From the NCBI GenBank assembly GCA_016186145.1, contig JACPMF010000006.1, positions 1,906 through 65,905 of the forward strand: a stretch of DNA of 64,000 nucleotides, read 5' to 3'. Position numbers and translations under genes: made by a program. The notes under the pieces are model-generated. The model did no database searches. It had not been told where the DNA came from and saw nothing but the letters and a program-made list of their open reading frames with translations. This DNA is from Candidatus Sungiibacteriota bacterium. GTDB taxonomy: Bacteria; Patescibacteriota; Minisyncoccia; Sungbacterales; SURF-37. This document shows, in pieces, positions 9,406 to 18,705 of this stretch (its first letter is position 1; each line of letters starts with the position of its first letter).

Positions 9406-11961
9406 ATGGACAGTCGTATACCATTTGTAAAAGAAGTCGCCAAGGTCATCATTGAACGCCATGAAAAAGAGGGCGGCTCCTTTATTTTTGGTATATCCGG
9501 CAAGTGGGGTGAGGGTAAAACAACTTTTCTGGACGAATTGAAAAAAGTATTGGAAAAAGATAATTCATCATTCAAAGTTGTGGATATAAATCCATGGAAA
9601 TTTTCCGTCGACAGAATTTCTTTTTTGAGAAACTTCCTGCGAACTTTGCACGGAAAATGTGATTTGGGGGGTGACGATGATTTAAAACAGTTAGATGTTG
9701 ATACGTCAAAAAATGCAATCGATTGGGGACGATTTTTAAAATTTGTCGTATTGTTTGGAGTCATTTGTTGGGCTTTTACTTATGCCCCTCTTTTTAATTT
9801 TATAATTGGCCTTCCTGCGCAATGGCAATTTTTTCTAACCGTTTTGTTGCTCCCAATTGTCTTAGCAGCCGTTCAAGGCGTAGTAACTGTCCAAAAGACA
9901 GATCACGCTATAGTTACTTTAGACAAATTTGATGATCTACTTAAAAAAATATTAAAGAATTTTGAGATGGCGGGAAAGAAGATCATTGTTTTTGTCGATG
10001 ATTTGGACCGTGTAACTCCCGAAATGGCGAGAGATGTTCTCGATAATCTGCGGACGTTCTTTGATAAAAAAGAAATGACCTTCGTCGTAACAGGAGACCA
10101 TACAGTACTCGAAGGACATCTCGGGAGAAGTCTTCTTCCCGACGAAGAATCTTCTGCTGCTCAGCTAGAAGAAGGACGTAGATTTATGAAGAAAATCTTT
10201 AATGTTTATTGGCGACTTCCACTCCCAATCAAAAAGGGGATCCAAGACTTTATTGGAGGTGAGTTCAAAAAGAGGGACTCAGGGTTGAAAGAAGTGTTCT
10301 CTGAAGAGAGCCAGAAAATTACCTTCGCTACATATCTGGAGAAATATTTTGAAAGTAATTTCAGGCAAATAATCAGATTTTTAGACACTGTTCTTTTTAA
10401 TTTTCAAATCATAAAACAAAAAGCTGAAGGCGAAGACACACAAGCTCCTTACTTCAAGGATATGCTGACCAATCCGCTGCTTGTGATACGTATTCTTATA
10501 ATCCAAGAGTTGTGCGCCCCTCTTTTCGACAAAATGGTTAGAGATGTTTCCATTTTGCAGGGGCTTGAATACGCAGTCGAGAAAAAGGATTCTTCTAAAA
10601 CAACTGAGATCCTAGGACAAGGCAAGGATACGCTTTCTCCTAGTCAACGAGCTTTTATAGAAAAGTTTATTTATGAGGAACCACGTTTTTACAAAGGATC
10701 TCGCCTACAGGTCTTAAACCTTCAGCCCTATCTATCGTTAGCTGCTGACGTAAGCTTCGGCGATCAGCGTGGTCCGTCCAGCGAAGACTTTATTACGGCA
10801 CTTAACGGAGGAGATCCCAAGGGAGTAAAAAATGATCTCCTTTCAATGGGAGATGCAAAAGCAGAGGAGGGCGCAACTGCTTTGGTAACCCAGCTACCCC
10901 CCATGATTGATGTTACTCAAAAATTGGGCGCAATAAAAACACTTCTTGTCGCCTTGTCTGATTCACCCACCGAATTAACCATACATAAAATATTTGCTGA
11001 TCAATTAAGCAAGCTTGATTACCATTTTGTAAATAATGCTGCGTCTAATCTAAAAATGGAAGTTTTAAACCTTCTCTTTGGTTGGCTCGACCTGATTTCA
11101 GACCCCACTGTGATAAGTGCGTTTGAAAGTAAATTTACTCTGAAGGATATTACTGAATTTAATGCTGTAAATATTGAAGGAGCAGGTTCTTTCAAAAGTT
11201 TGGTTTTGGCGAAATGGATTAAGGAGTATTACTCTAAGCAAAAACCCGATGCCATAAACGCTATGGTTGCACACTTTCCAAAACTAAAAATTGAGAAAGT
11301 GAGGGAGCAAATGGATACTATTGATAAAATCTTGGTTACTGACCTTATTGGAGACTCCAACGCACTGTTAAGGGAGAACCGCTTTGCTTTGTTGAGAAAC
11401 TATACAACTAAAGGGGCTGAGATGCTCAAAGAAAATGTTCTGAACCAAGTTTCTGGTTTTGATCAAGGAATTACTGCGTGGGCTATCGCAAAAGCAAATG
11501 AGGAAAAAGCTCTGTGGACGATAGGTGAGCTTGAGACAAAAATCCTAGAAAAAATTGAGATTTCGGCGGACTTCAATGCCCTTAATCAGGGATTAAGGTT
11601 TGCTTTAACCAATAAAGTTGGATCCCCAGAGATGATTTGGCCCAAGCTTCTTCCTAAACACCAGAAAAGTATTCTTGAAAATTTACCAGCAATTATTGAT
11701 GACGCTTCACTTCAACCGATTTCACCACCACAAGCTTATGCAAATCAACTTATGGATGCAGTAGTAGCAAAAATTAAGACCATTCCGGAGGCTGACCAAG
11801 CCCGCTGGCTTAGTTATATAGTTAAAGGTAAATGGCCTTGGATTAATCTGGCTAAATACCCTATTACCAGTAAGTTTAGAAATATGAAGAAGTCTAAAAA
11901 CGAAGATCTTAAGAAGAATTTTGCAATTACTGAAGAAAGCTGGGTAGAGAAAAATGATTGA
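9406..11961 (+). CDS. KAP-family P-loop NTPase with two TM helices and a long helical C-terminus
   Basis: GKWGEGKT, INPWKF, TM pair, VFVDDLDR, FMKKIF. Confidence 0.9.
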   Translation: MDSRIPFVKEVAKVIIERHEKEGGSFIFGISGKWGEGKTTFLDELKKVLEKDNSSFKVVDINPWKFSVDRISFLRNFLRTLHGKCDLGGDDDLKQLDVDTSKNAIDWGRFLKFVVLFGVICWAFTYAPLFNFIIGLPAQWQFFLTVLLLPIVLAAVQGVVTVQKTDHAIVTLDKFDDLLKKILKNFEMAGKKIIVFVDDLDRVTPEMARDVLDNLRTFFDKKEMTFVVTGDHTVLEGHLGRSLLPDEESSAAQLEEGRRFMKKIFNVYWRLPLPIKKGIQDFIGGEFKKRDSGLKEVFSEESQKITFATYLEKYFESNFRQIIRFLDTVLFNFQIIKQKAEGEDTQAPYFKDMLTNPLLVIRILIIQELCAPLFDKMVRDVSILQGLEYAVEKKDSSKTTEILGQGKDTLSPSQRAFIEKFIYEEPRFYKGSRLQVLNLQPYLSLAADVSFGDQRGPSSEDFITALNGGDPKGVKNDLLSMGDAKAEEGATALVTQLPPMIDVTQKLGAIKTLLVALSDSPTELTIHKIFADQLSKLDYHFVNNAASNLKMEVLNLLFGWLDLISDPTVISAFESKFTLKDITEFNAVNIEGAGSFKSLVLAKWIKEYYSKQKPDAINAMVAHFPKLKIEKVREQMDTIDKILVTDLIGDSNALLRENRFALLRNYTTKGAEMLKENVLNQVSGFDQGITAWAIAKANEEKALWTIGELETKILEKIEISADFNALNQGLRFALTNKVGSPEMIWPKLLPKHQKSILENLPAIIDDASLQPISPPQAYANQLMDAVVAKIKTIPEADQARWLSYIVKGKWPWINLAKYPITSKFRNMKKSKNEDLKKNFAITEESWVEKND

Positions 11962-12084
11962 GTGGTCTATATCATAGCTGGAGGTTAATGAGCGATGGGG
12001 TAAGCTATCGACTAGGCATATTAAGCGGCCGGTTCCATGGTTCGTTACGAAAGAGAAGAGGATTTAATTAAACTGGTTACGTAG

Positions 12085-13488
12085 ATGTTTACGAGTGAGA
12101 ATTTTAAAAAAGTTGCTGATCTTGTCTATAAAGATTACTACAAATATCTCTTTAAGCACGCCGTATCTTTATTGCGACGTTCGAGACTTCCGTATCTTAG
12201 AAGGAATAATCTTTGGATAGGTGGAATTCAGCAAAACATGGTTAAATATAGACTCGGATTTGAAGAAACGGTCAGAAAGGGTAAGTCGATGGTCCCAAAA
12301 GACGACAAGGAGAAAAAAGCATTAGATATTGCACTGAGATCAAATAAAGAATTCCTCCGTGTCTTGAAGGATATTGGTGATGGTATTGCCTGGAGAAATC
12401 TAGACTATAGACGCTCATTAATTCGACTTATGTCGGAACATGCACCGACTGGCGATATTGGTCCGGATGCAGAGCGACTTATTTTGCTTTTAGGCGCTAG
12501 GAAAAAAGTAAGCGACCGAGTGATAATCAACGATTTGACCCACTGTCTAAAGATCGCCGATTTAACAGTTATCACATCAAAAAGTAGAATCTTTATTTAT
12601 GAAGTAAAGGCGCGAAAAGATAAGACCGAGATTATAGGTATATCAGAAATTTCAAGACGTATCCAAAAATATGGACAGGCAAGAAAGCAGGCTATTTCGC
12701 ACTGGATAGTTCAAGACGCTTTTATAAATAAAAAAGTTAAGACCCCCAAACTTGAAATAAGAATCGTAGATTTAGACTTTGTTTTTCACACTCACATCAG
12801 TAAGGTAAATCAATTGATTAAAGAGTCGGATAACAAGAACTTCTCCAACGCATTATTGGAAGGGGGATACCACATAGAAATTTGTGCGTTGGACAAGGTT
12901 TTTGAGAAATCAGGTCAGGAAAAAATTAAGGAACAATTGAATAAACTCAAGCCCTTTAATCCCCATAAAGAAGGGTGGTCCGATATGACACTTTGCATCT
13001 CAAACTATGATACCTTTTATTCGAGCATCAACGACAGATTTACGAATTTTACGCCGTATTCGGTTCTACCATTATCTGCTCGAAACTGCGTTAGGTTAAC
13101 GATGGGGCAACTTTATATTCGTATCTGCTTCGATTTTATGAAGTTAAAACAGAAATTCGAAGAAGCTGGATGGAGTGTCGAGGTTAAAGACTGGACATCA
13201 TGGGAATCTCAAAACAAGGAAACCATCAGAAAAATTAGGGAGGGTAAGGGTGGTTTCTTAGAGCATTCAGTTAATGAGTATATATTCAAAATTTCTAAAC
13301 AAGGCGAGAACGGTAGGTATACCCAGGATTTTCCGGTAAATCTAGTGATCATTATGCTCTCGGCTTTTTATACAACGGACTATCTCATTGGTATGGCCGA
13401 GGCTGTTTATCAAGATGCAAAATTAAACAGCCGAGGTGGTGGTTTATCAACGTTTAATTGTCTATATGAACGATGTATTTTAAGATGA
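12085..13488 (+). CDS. Hypothetical protein, possible PD-(D/E)XK nuclease
   Basis: Long ORF with IADL...IYEVK motif, in a defence cluster. Confidence 0.6.
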   Translation: MFTSENFKKVADLVYKDYYKYLFKHAVSLLRRSRLPYLRRNNLWIGGIQQNMVKYRLGFEETVRKGKSMVPKDDKEKKALDIALRSNKEFLRVLKDIGDGIAWRNLDYRRSLIRLMSEHAPTGDIGPDAERLILLLGARKKVSDRVIINDLTHCLKIADLTVITSKSRIFIYEVKARKDKTEIIGISEISRRIQKYGQARKQAISHWIVQDAFINKKVKTPKLEIRIVDLDFVFHTHISKVNQLIKESDNKNFSNALLEGGYHIEICALDKVFEKSGQEKIKEQLNKLKPFNPHKEGWSDMTLCISNYDTFYSSINDRFTNFTPYSVLPLSARNCVRLTMGQLYIRICFDFMKLKQKFEEAGWSVEVKDWTSWESQNKETIRKIREGKGGFLEHSVNEYIFKISKQGENGRYTQDFPVNLVIIMLSAFYTTDYLIGMAEAVYQDAKLNSRGGGLSTFNCLYERCILR

Positions 13489-13581
13489 TCCCTGCTCGCG
13501 GCGAACGCTGGTCCTATTCAGAATCAGAGGATTCGACAGCCGGCTGGCGTAGAGCATTGAACTGTAATTGAATAAAATCAT

Positions 13582-14235
13582 ATGCTAGACGCTGAAACAT
13601 TCAAAAAGTTTACAAGGCAAGCCAACCTTTCTCATCAGCAGTTTTGTGTTTGGTTCGCATTTAACAATGAGTATGCCAAACACCAGGATCGTTGGAACAA
13701 ATTTTATCCCGAAAGTTACTTTGCACCGGAAGATTTTGATAAGACGAAAGGATGTAAGTATAAAAACTTCTGGGGTGTAACTTTGGCCTCAACGCAGCAC
13801 GGCTGGATTCTGGGAATAGCAAGACTCTTTGATCCCGCATTTCATCCTTTTGATAAAAAACAGGAAAAACCTCGAATCTCTTTCGACTATATTCTTAGAA
13901 GACTTAATGATCAAAACTTGTCAGATAAACTGAGGCAAGAGTTAGATTGGCACAAAAATGTAATTGAATCTGTAAGAAAACATAGGGATAATGTTCTTGC
14001 GCATAACGATGCGAGCTTTGATTATAAAAAAATTGGGCCAGGAATTGAAAATCTTTTTGAATGGTTAGAAGATGTTATTTCAAGAATAAAAAAAACAGAG
14101 CCACACCTTAGTAGTTGTGGTGTAGTGAACGTTAAGTATCACGAGAAATTATCCCAATGTGGCGTAGATGAGGTTTTTGAAACTTTACTGCTTGGGGAAA
14201 AGCATGAGGTAGATGAGTCGAGGAGAACCTCATAA
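13582..14235 (+). CDS. HEPN (AbiU2-like) domain protein
   Basis: IARLFD, ISF, and the RxxxxxH motif RDNVLAH. Confidence 0.7.
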   Translation: MLDAETFKKFTRQANLSHQQFCVWFAFNNEYAKHQDRWNKFYPESYFAPEDFDKTKGCKYKNFWGVTLASTQHGWILGIARLFDPAFHPFDKKQEKPRISFDYILRRLNDQNLSDKLRQELDWHKNVIESVRKHRDNVLAHNDASFDYKKIGPGIENLFEWLEDVISRIKKTEPHLSSCGVVNVKYHEKLSQCGVDEVFETLLLGEKHEVDESRRTS

Positions 14236-14250
14236 AAGCGATGATCATAT

Positions 14251-14655
14251 ATGTTTCCACTGGAAACTAAATCTTACGAAGCAAAATCGCTAGCCGACTC
14301 TTTGCTTGGCAATCCGTATCTCCAAGTTGAGTCCGCAGAACTCCCCGAGAGCGGAGGAGTTTATTTGTTCAGAAATGATGCAAATGAAATAGTATATATA
14401 GGCAAGGCGCGAAATCTAAAGAGAAGAATCCGCATTGACCACTTAAGCCAGGAACTGGGCGATACTATGAGTGCTTTTAGAAGAAGCATTAATAAGGTGC
14501 TTGGAATTCCTTTCGGCCATGAGATGAAAAGCTGGATATGCAGCAATTGCAAAATTTCTTTCATCCAGATAGATGATCCAGATATGCGCAGTTTGGTGGA
14601 GGCGCTTTTAATCGCTGCCGTCAGATCGAAGTCATTGCTCAATCATGATAGTTAG
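14251..14655 (+). CDS. GIY-YIG nuclease
   Basis: GVYLF..EIVYIGKARNLKRRI..H; terminal E...LLN. Confidence 0.9.
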   Translation: MFPLETKSYEAKSLADSLLGNPYLQVESAELPESGGVYLFRNDANEIVYIGKARNLKRRIRIDHLSQELGDTMSAFRRSINKVLGIPFGHEMKSWICSNCKISFIQIDDPDMRSLVEALLIAAVRSKSLLNHDS

Positions 14656-14819
14656 TGTTCACGGCATATGAAATGAGACACACATAGTAGTGTCTCATTT
14701 GTCTCATTTAGGTTAAAATGACCTAGACCGAGACCCTTCACTATAGAGAAGGGAAGGATCTCCAAAGAAGCTCTAAGGTATCCCACTCGGGTTGGTTCTA
14801 GACTGGAGTGGCCAGCCAC

Positions 14820-14990
14820 CTTGCGACCCCTACCGGGACGCCTGCCTGCCGGCAGGCAGGGGTCAGGCGTCGTAACGCTTGACTCGTCAATGTACGAAAT
14901 TTGGTCGCAAGACTCGTCACCATTTATGGCATACCGGCTGAGTGCCGTATTCAAGAACGAAAAACCACCAATGTCGGTGGTTTTTCGTTT
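14820..14990 (+). repeat. Conserved structured motif, copy 2
   Basis: Stem CTTGCGACC/GGTCGCAAG, CTCGTCACCA, CATACCGGCTGAGTGCCGTAT (14930-14950), ACGAAAA-hairpin-TTTTCGT; contains palindrome CCTGCCTGCCGGCAGGCAGG. Confidence 0.8.
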
Positions 14991-15056
14991 TGTACAAAAT
15001 AAACATGTTTTGATTCCGATATTTATTTTTCTGAGCTTATAAATTAGATTTAGTCT

Positions 15057-15935
15057 TTATTGGATTCCCATGGGGTTGCCAAATACCGGTACAAAGTTGG
15101 TTGGTTCTACTATGTTTCCTGTTTCCATTCCAATCGCTCGCATATCCGAAGAGTTCTCGATGCCGATGGCTATTCCATTCTCAGTACTATATGTATTGGC
15201 ATTTGGGTCTATATCAGCCTTAATCATCAATGTCTTGCTTAATCTCTCCGGTGTAACGAGCAGGAAATCCAAGCTAATCACGGCTTTGCCGTCTAAGAAA
15301 CTGCTCGCTGTTCCGATTCGGGTGCTGCCGTCAAAAATCTGAATGTTGAGAAGGTCGGCATCTGTCCCGCCGTTTCTTGTCAGCGTCAGTTGCTGGATTC
15401 CTACATTTTCGTTTCCAGCAGTAAAAGTAATCGCGCTAAAGTTATTCCATGCACTCCCGCGCTCATAGTAGGCAGACGGAGGTGTATTTGGAGAAAGCGC
15501 GACCGTAAGCGGTGCGGGAGTTTTTGGTTGAAGCGTTCCATGTACTTCCGTGTAGGCGATAACCATGCCGTTAGAATTTTTTGCCTCAACGCGAACCGTG
15601 AGCGGCACTTCGGTTTTGCTCCTCAAAACATTGGCGTCAAGAACGATGCCGAACCCGTATTTGCCCGCAGGGCGCAAGGACGGAAAAACTTGTTCCACAC
15701 CCTGCGATATTTGTTTGCTGTCAGTTGATGCGGAGACGATAAGTTGGCCGCCCAGTTTCAGGATGGGGCCGTCCCAAAACCCTTTAGCAATAGTGCCGCC
15801 GATAGGAAGCGTGTCTTGCTCTCCGGTAATTACGAATCCTTCAGAAAGCGAGGAAATCATTATTGGCCCGCCTGCCGCGCCCGTAAAAAGAGGTAGTAGC
15901 GAGATACCAATGATTATTGCGAATGATGTTTTCAT
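15057..15935 (-). CDS. Secreted beta-rich/Ig-like surface protein
   Basis: Signal peptide MKTSFAIIIG...; beta-strand rich C-terminal domain. Confidence 0.65.
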   Translation of the reverse strand: MKTSFAIIIGISLLPLFTGAAGGPIMISSLSEGFVITGEQDTLPIGGTIAKGFWDGPILKLGGQLIVSASTDSKQISQGVEQVFPSLRPAGKYGFGIVLDANVLRSKTEVPLTVRVEAKNSNGMVIAYTEVHGTLQPKTPAPLTVALSPNTPPSAYYERGSAWNNFSAITFTAGNENVGIQQLTLTRNGGTDADLLNIQIFDGSTRIGTASSFLDGKAVISLDFLLVTPERLSKTLMIKADIDPNANTYSTENGIAIGIENSSDMRAIGMETGNIVEPTNFVPVFGNPMGIQ

Positions 15936-15964
15936 ATAAGTATATTGTAGCATATTGAAAGGTT

Positions 15965-18061
15965 TTACTCTATTGTCAGCGGAACGGTTATTTGTCTCCC
16001 GTCTCTTAAGAGCAGACCAATAAAATATTCTCCGGAGGATATACTTTCTGGTATGAAAACGCCATTTATATGTGGTTCACAACTTGTTTTAAAAAAATAA
16101 TTAAGATTGTTTAAAGAAATTGTCATATTTAACACTATATCATCGAATCCCAAGGTGTTATCTCGAGAAAGTATTAATGCGGCGACTTCATCCTGTTGGA
16201 ACCCCGCGCTTGCACTTTGAAACCTTAAAAACCCTCCTTTTGCAACACTGTTGACACACAGTTTAAATTCCTTTACGACCACATTAGAAGGTTGATGCGC
16301 AGGCTGAAAAAGTATTTCCACCGCATCCGCTCGTGTTTTGAACTTTTTAATTTTTTTTAATAAATCATTTTTAGGTATGATTACAGGATCGTCATCGAGA
16401 TTGATCCATTGGTTGGATAATAACCTTGCGAGGGTTTCGATAGTAATATTTTCGTCTGATATTTCTGTGTGCGAAAATTTTGTCATGCCGCGGTCGTCTC
16501 TTTTTTCATGATTGACCACTTCGCTACGCCTCTCATTTTCTTCTTTAGTTAAACAAATAACTCCGAAAAGATAATGATTTGGAATTTGCTCATCGTGAAT
16601 TAAGTTGAAACTCGTATGATTACCTCTCACGCTAGAAAAACTCGGCTCGGGTAAATAGTCAAAAGTACTCCCATAGCTATTTATGTTGAAGTGAGAACAA
16701 AAATTGCTAACGTATAGCGCGTTATCTATGTCCCATTTTATTTCAGTAGTCGACGGGAAAGAAGATACCATGATGGGGCCATCGTTTCCGTTAGCCTTGA
16801 CCCCAACATAAGGATTGATAGGAGCACAAACATCCTGTGGTACGGCCACCTTCACGCCATCAGAAACTATTGTATGACTAGAAAAATCTCGCGCGTTATA
16901 ATGCTCTACCTTTAGAACGTATTCGTATGTTTTCCCAGTAACAATTGTTCCATCGCCGTATTCGGTTCCGTTCATTGAAGACAGACTGTGTATTTCTTTG
17001 CCATCTCGATATATAGTCTGGGACGCAATCAAATCGCCAGCCGGAATTGAGTCCAAATTCCACTCTAAGATAACAGTGGGAACAGCTCCTGTATTATCAG
17101 CTCCACGGTCACAATATGTTTTATAACGAAGATTTACCGTCTTTCCTTGCACCGCAATTGAAGATAGCTGTTGAGTTGCGGGTGGTTGTTGGTTTTTTTG
17201 CGGTTGTTCGTCTTCTTTTTGTTTTGTTTCTGTAGCTGGCCTTGTTACAATTTGAGTACTTTCCTTAGCAATTTCATGATGTTCCAACTCATTTGCTATA
17301 AGTTTTGCAATCTCCTCCGGAGCGGAGACACCAGTTTTTACTAATTTGTTCAACTCAACAAGACCAAACGCAAGTTTTGTTGCGGAAACTTTAAGGCCGA
17401 CTTCTTCGGAAATGGCTTCGGCAACTTTGCTGACAATCACATCTTTTGCCGCGTTTCTATCTGCGGTGGAAACGCTTTTGAATTGCGAGTCAAGCCAGTA
17501 ATTTAAGAGCATACTTTCAGCCCCCATCAAGGTGCTACCGAACTTTCCTCCAGCGGCCTTTCCCGCAAGCCCCGGAATACTTGCAGACAATTTTCCGATT
17601 TCATGCTCAATCTCTTGAGCTTTCTCTATGTTTCGGCTCCATACCTCCAACGCCGCGGAATCATAGAGATGCCAAAGGCGCTGGTAGGAAGTACTTCGTT
17701 CAATGTGCTCGTTGGCTATATCGGTATTACCGCTTATAAGAAACTTTTCGGCAATGCCGAGTTCCTGCAAAGCGTAATTTTTATAAGCGTGCGCGGAAAG
17801 ATAAAGTTCATTGTATTCGTCTAAGTGCGGCTGGCGTATTCCGAGAACAAACCATTTGCGCACGTTATTTAAAAACCCATCTGCTGGTTCAATGATTAAA
17901 TTAGGCGAGTCCGGCGTCTCAAGAATTATTTTTCTTGATTGCGAGATAACATTTTTGAGGTCCGGCATCTCGATGGCATTCGCTTGAGAAAAACTAAAGA
18001 TGAACCAGCCAGATATGACCAGCATTGTTGAAATTACAAATATGATTGGGTGTCTTTCCAT
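15965..18061 (-). CDS. Large secreted hypothetical protein with FN3-like module
   Basis: Signal peptide, helical N-terminal part, Q/P linker, LEW...IYRDG...YEY pattern. Confidence 0.65.
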   Translation of the reverse strand: MERHPIIFVISTMLVISGWFIFSFSQANAIEMPDLKNVISQSRKIILETPDSPNLIIEPADGFLNNVRKWFVLGIRQPHLDEYNELYLSAHAYKNYALQELGIAEKFLISGNTDIANEHIERSTSYQRLWHLYDSAALEVWSRNIEKAQEIEHEIGKLSASIPGLAGKAAGGKFGSTLMGAESMLLNYWLDSQFKSVSTADRNAAKDVIVSKVAEAISEEVGLKVSATKLAFGLVELNKLVKTGVSAPEEIAKLIANELEHHEIAKESTQIVTRPATETKQKEDEQPQKNQQPPATQQLSSIAVQGKTVNLRYKTYCDRGADNTGAVPTVILEWNLDSIPAGDLIASQTIYRDGKEIHSLSSMNGTEYGDGTIVTGKTYEYVLKVEHYNARDFSSHTIVSDGVKVAVPQDVCAPINPYVGVKANGNDGPIMVSSFPSTTEIKWDIDNALYVSNFCSHFNINSYGSTFDYLPEPSFSSVRGNHTSFNLIHDEQIPNHYLFGVICLTKEENERRSEVVNHEKRDDRGMTKFSHTEISDENITIETLARLLSNQWINLDDDPVIIPKNDLLKKIKKFKTRADAVEILFQPAHQPSNVVVKEFKLCVNSVAKGGFLRFQSASAGFQQDEVAALILSRDNTLGFDDIVLNMTISLNNLNYFFKTSCEPHINGVFIPESISSGEYFIGLLLRDGRQITVPLTIE

Positions 18062-18314
18062 CGAAGTTAAAATAACATGATTTTGTGTTTAAGGTAAGTG
18101 CTTTCGCCTAACCAGCTATTTTCAACAGTTCTTGGTCCAACTCTTTTCCTAGTAGACGCGGCGGGACGCCTTTCGGTAAATGTGACACTACCAAGAACCT
18201 CTCCCGTGTCATGTTTGTAACATTTGCATGGGGCTACGGTTCGAATCCAAGAACCCCCCGTTTTTCGGATTCACACCACTAAGGTCTAAAACAAAGGGCC
18301 ACGCATGAACAAGA

Positions 18315-18342
18315 TAGACATCAAACAGCCTCTTTTTATAGT
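18315..18342 (+). repeat. 28 bp exact direct repeat, copy 1
   Basis: TAGACATCAAACAGCCTCTTTTTATAGT, identical to 20477-20504. Confidence 0.95.
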
Positions 18343-18459
18343 ATGACTCGGACCCCCCATATTTAGACACAAAGGCCGGAAAGTATTCAGGGCGGAAAGC
18401 TGTTAACCTGTTCTGCTGCCCTTTTGTTTGCTTGTCTATTTTGATATAATTAGAGGAAT

Positions 18460-18699
18460 ATGGAAAACAAGTCCAAAACGATCATTATCGCGACAGTCGT
18501 GGTTCTTGTAGTAGCGGGGGCCGGCTTTTGGTATTGGTCAAAGAGCAAGCAGGCCCCGTCTTCAAAAGAAGCTTCTTCGTTAGGGGGCGAGATCTTTGAT
18601 AAAACGCAAAATCAACTTCAGGGCCAGGTTCCGGATACTAATCCCTTCAAAGACCAGAGGAATCCTTTAGATTTAATTTATCAAAACCCTTTTGAGTAA
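18460..18699 (+). CDS. Small membrane-anchored protein
   Basis: GAGGA SD, TGATATAAT upstream, single TM, NPF repeats. Confidence 0.75.
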   Translation: MENKSKTIIIATVVVLVVAGAGFWYWSKSKQAPSSKEASSLGGEIFDKTQNQLQGQVPDTNPFKDQRNPLDLIYQNPFE

Positions 18700-18705
18700 T
18701 TAAAA

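Noticed and set aside
14652-15042. ORFs 14652-14954 and 14821-15042 as proteins
   Set aside because: They run through palindromes and the structured motif; no protein-like features.
18232-18259. tRNA or attR copy (GGTTCGAATCC...CCCCCC)
   Set aside because: Only a T-loop-like 11-mer; no cloverleaf and a weak match to the tRNA-Gln 3' end.
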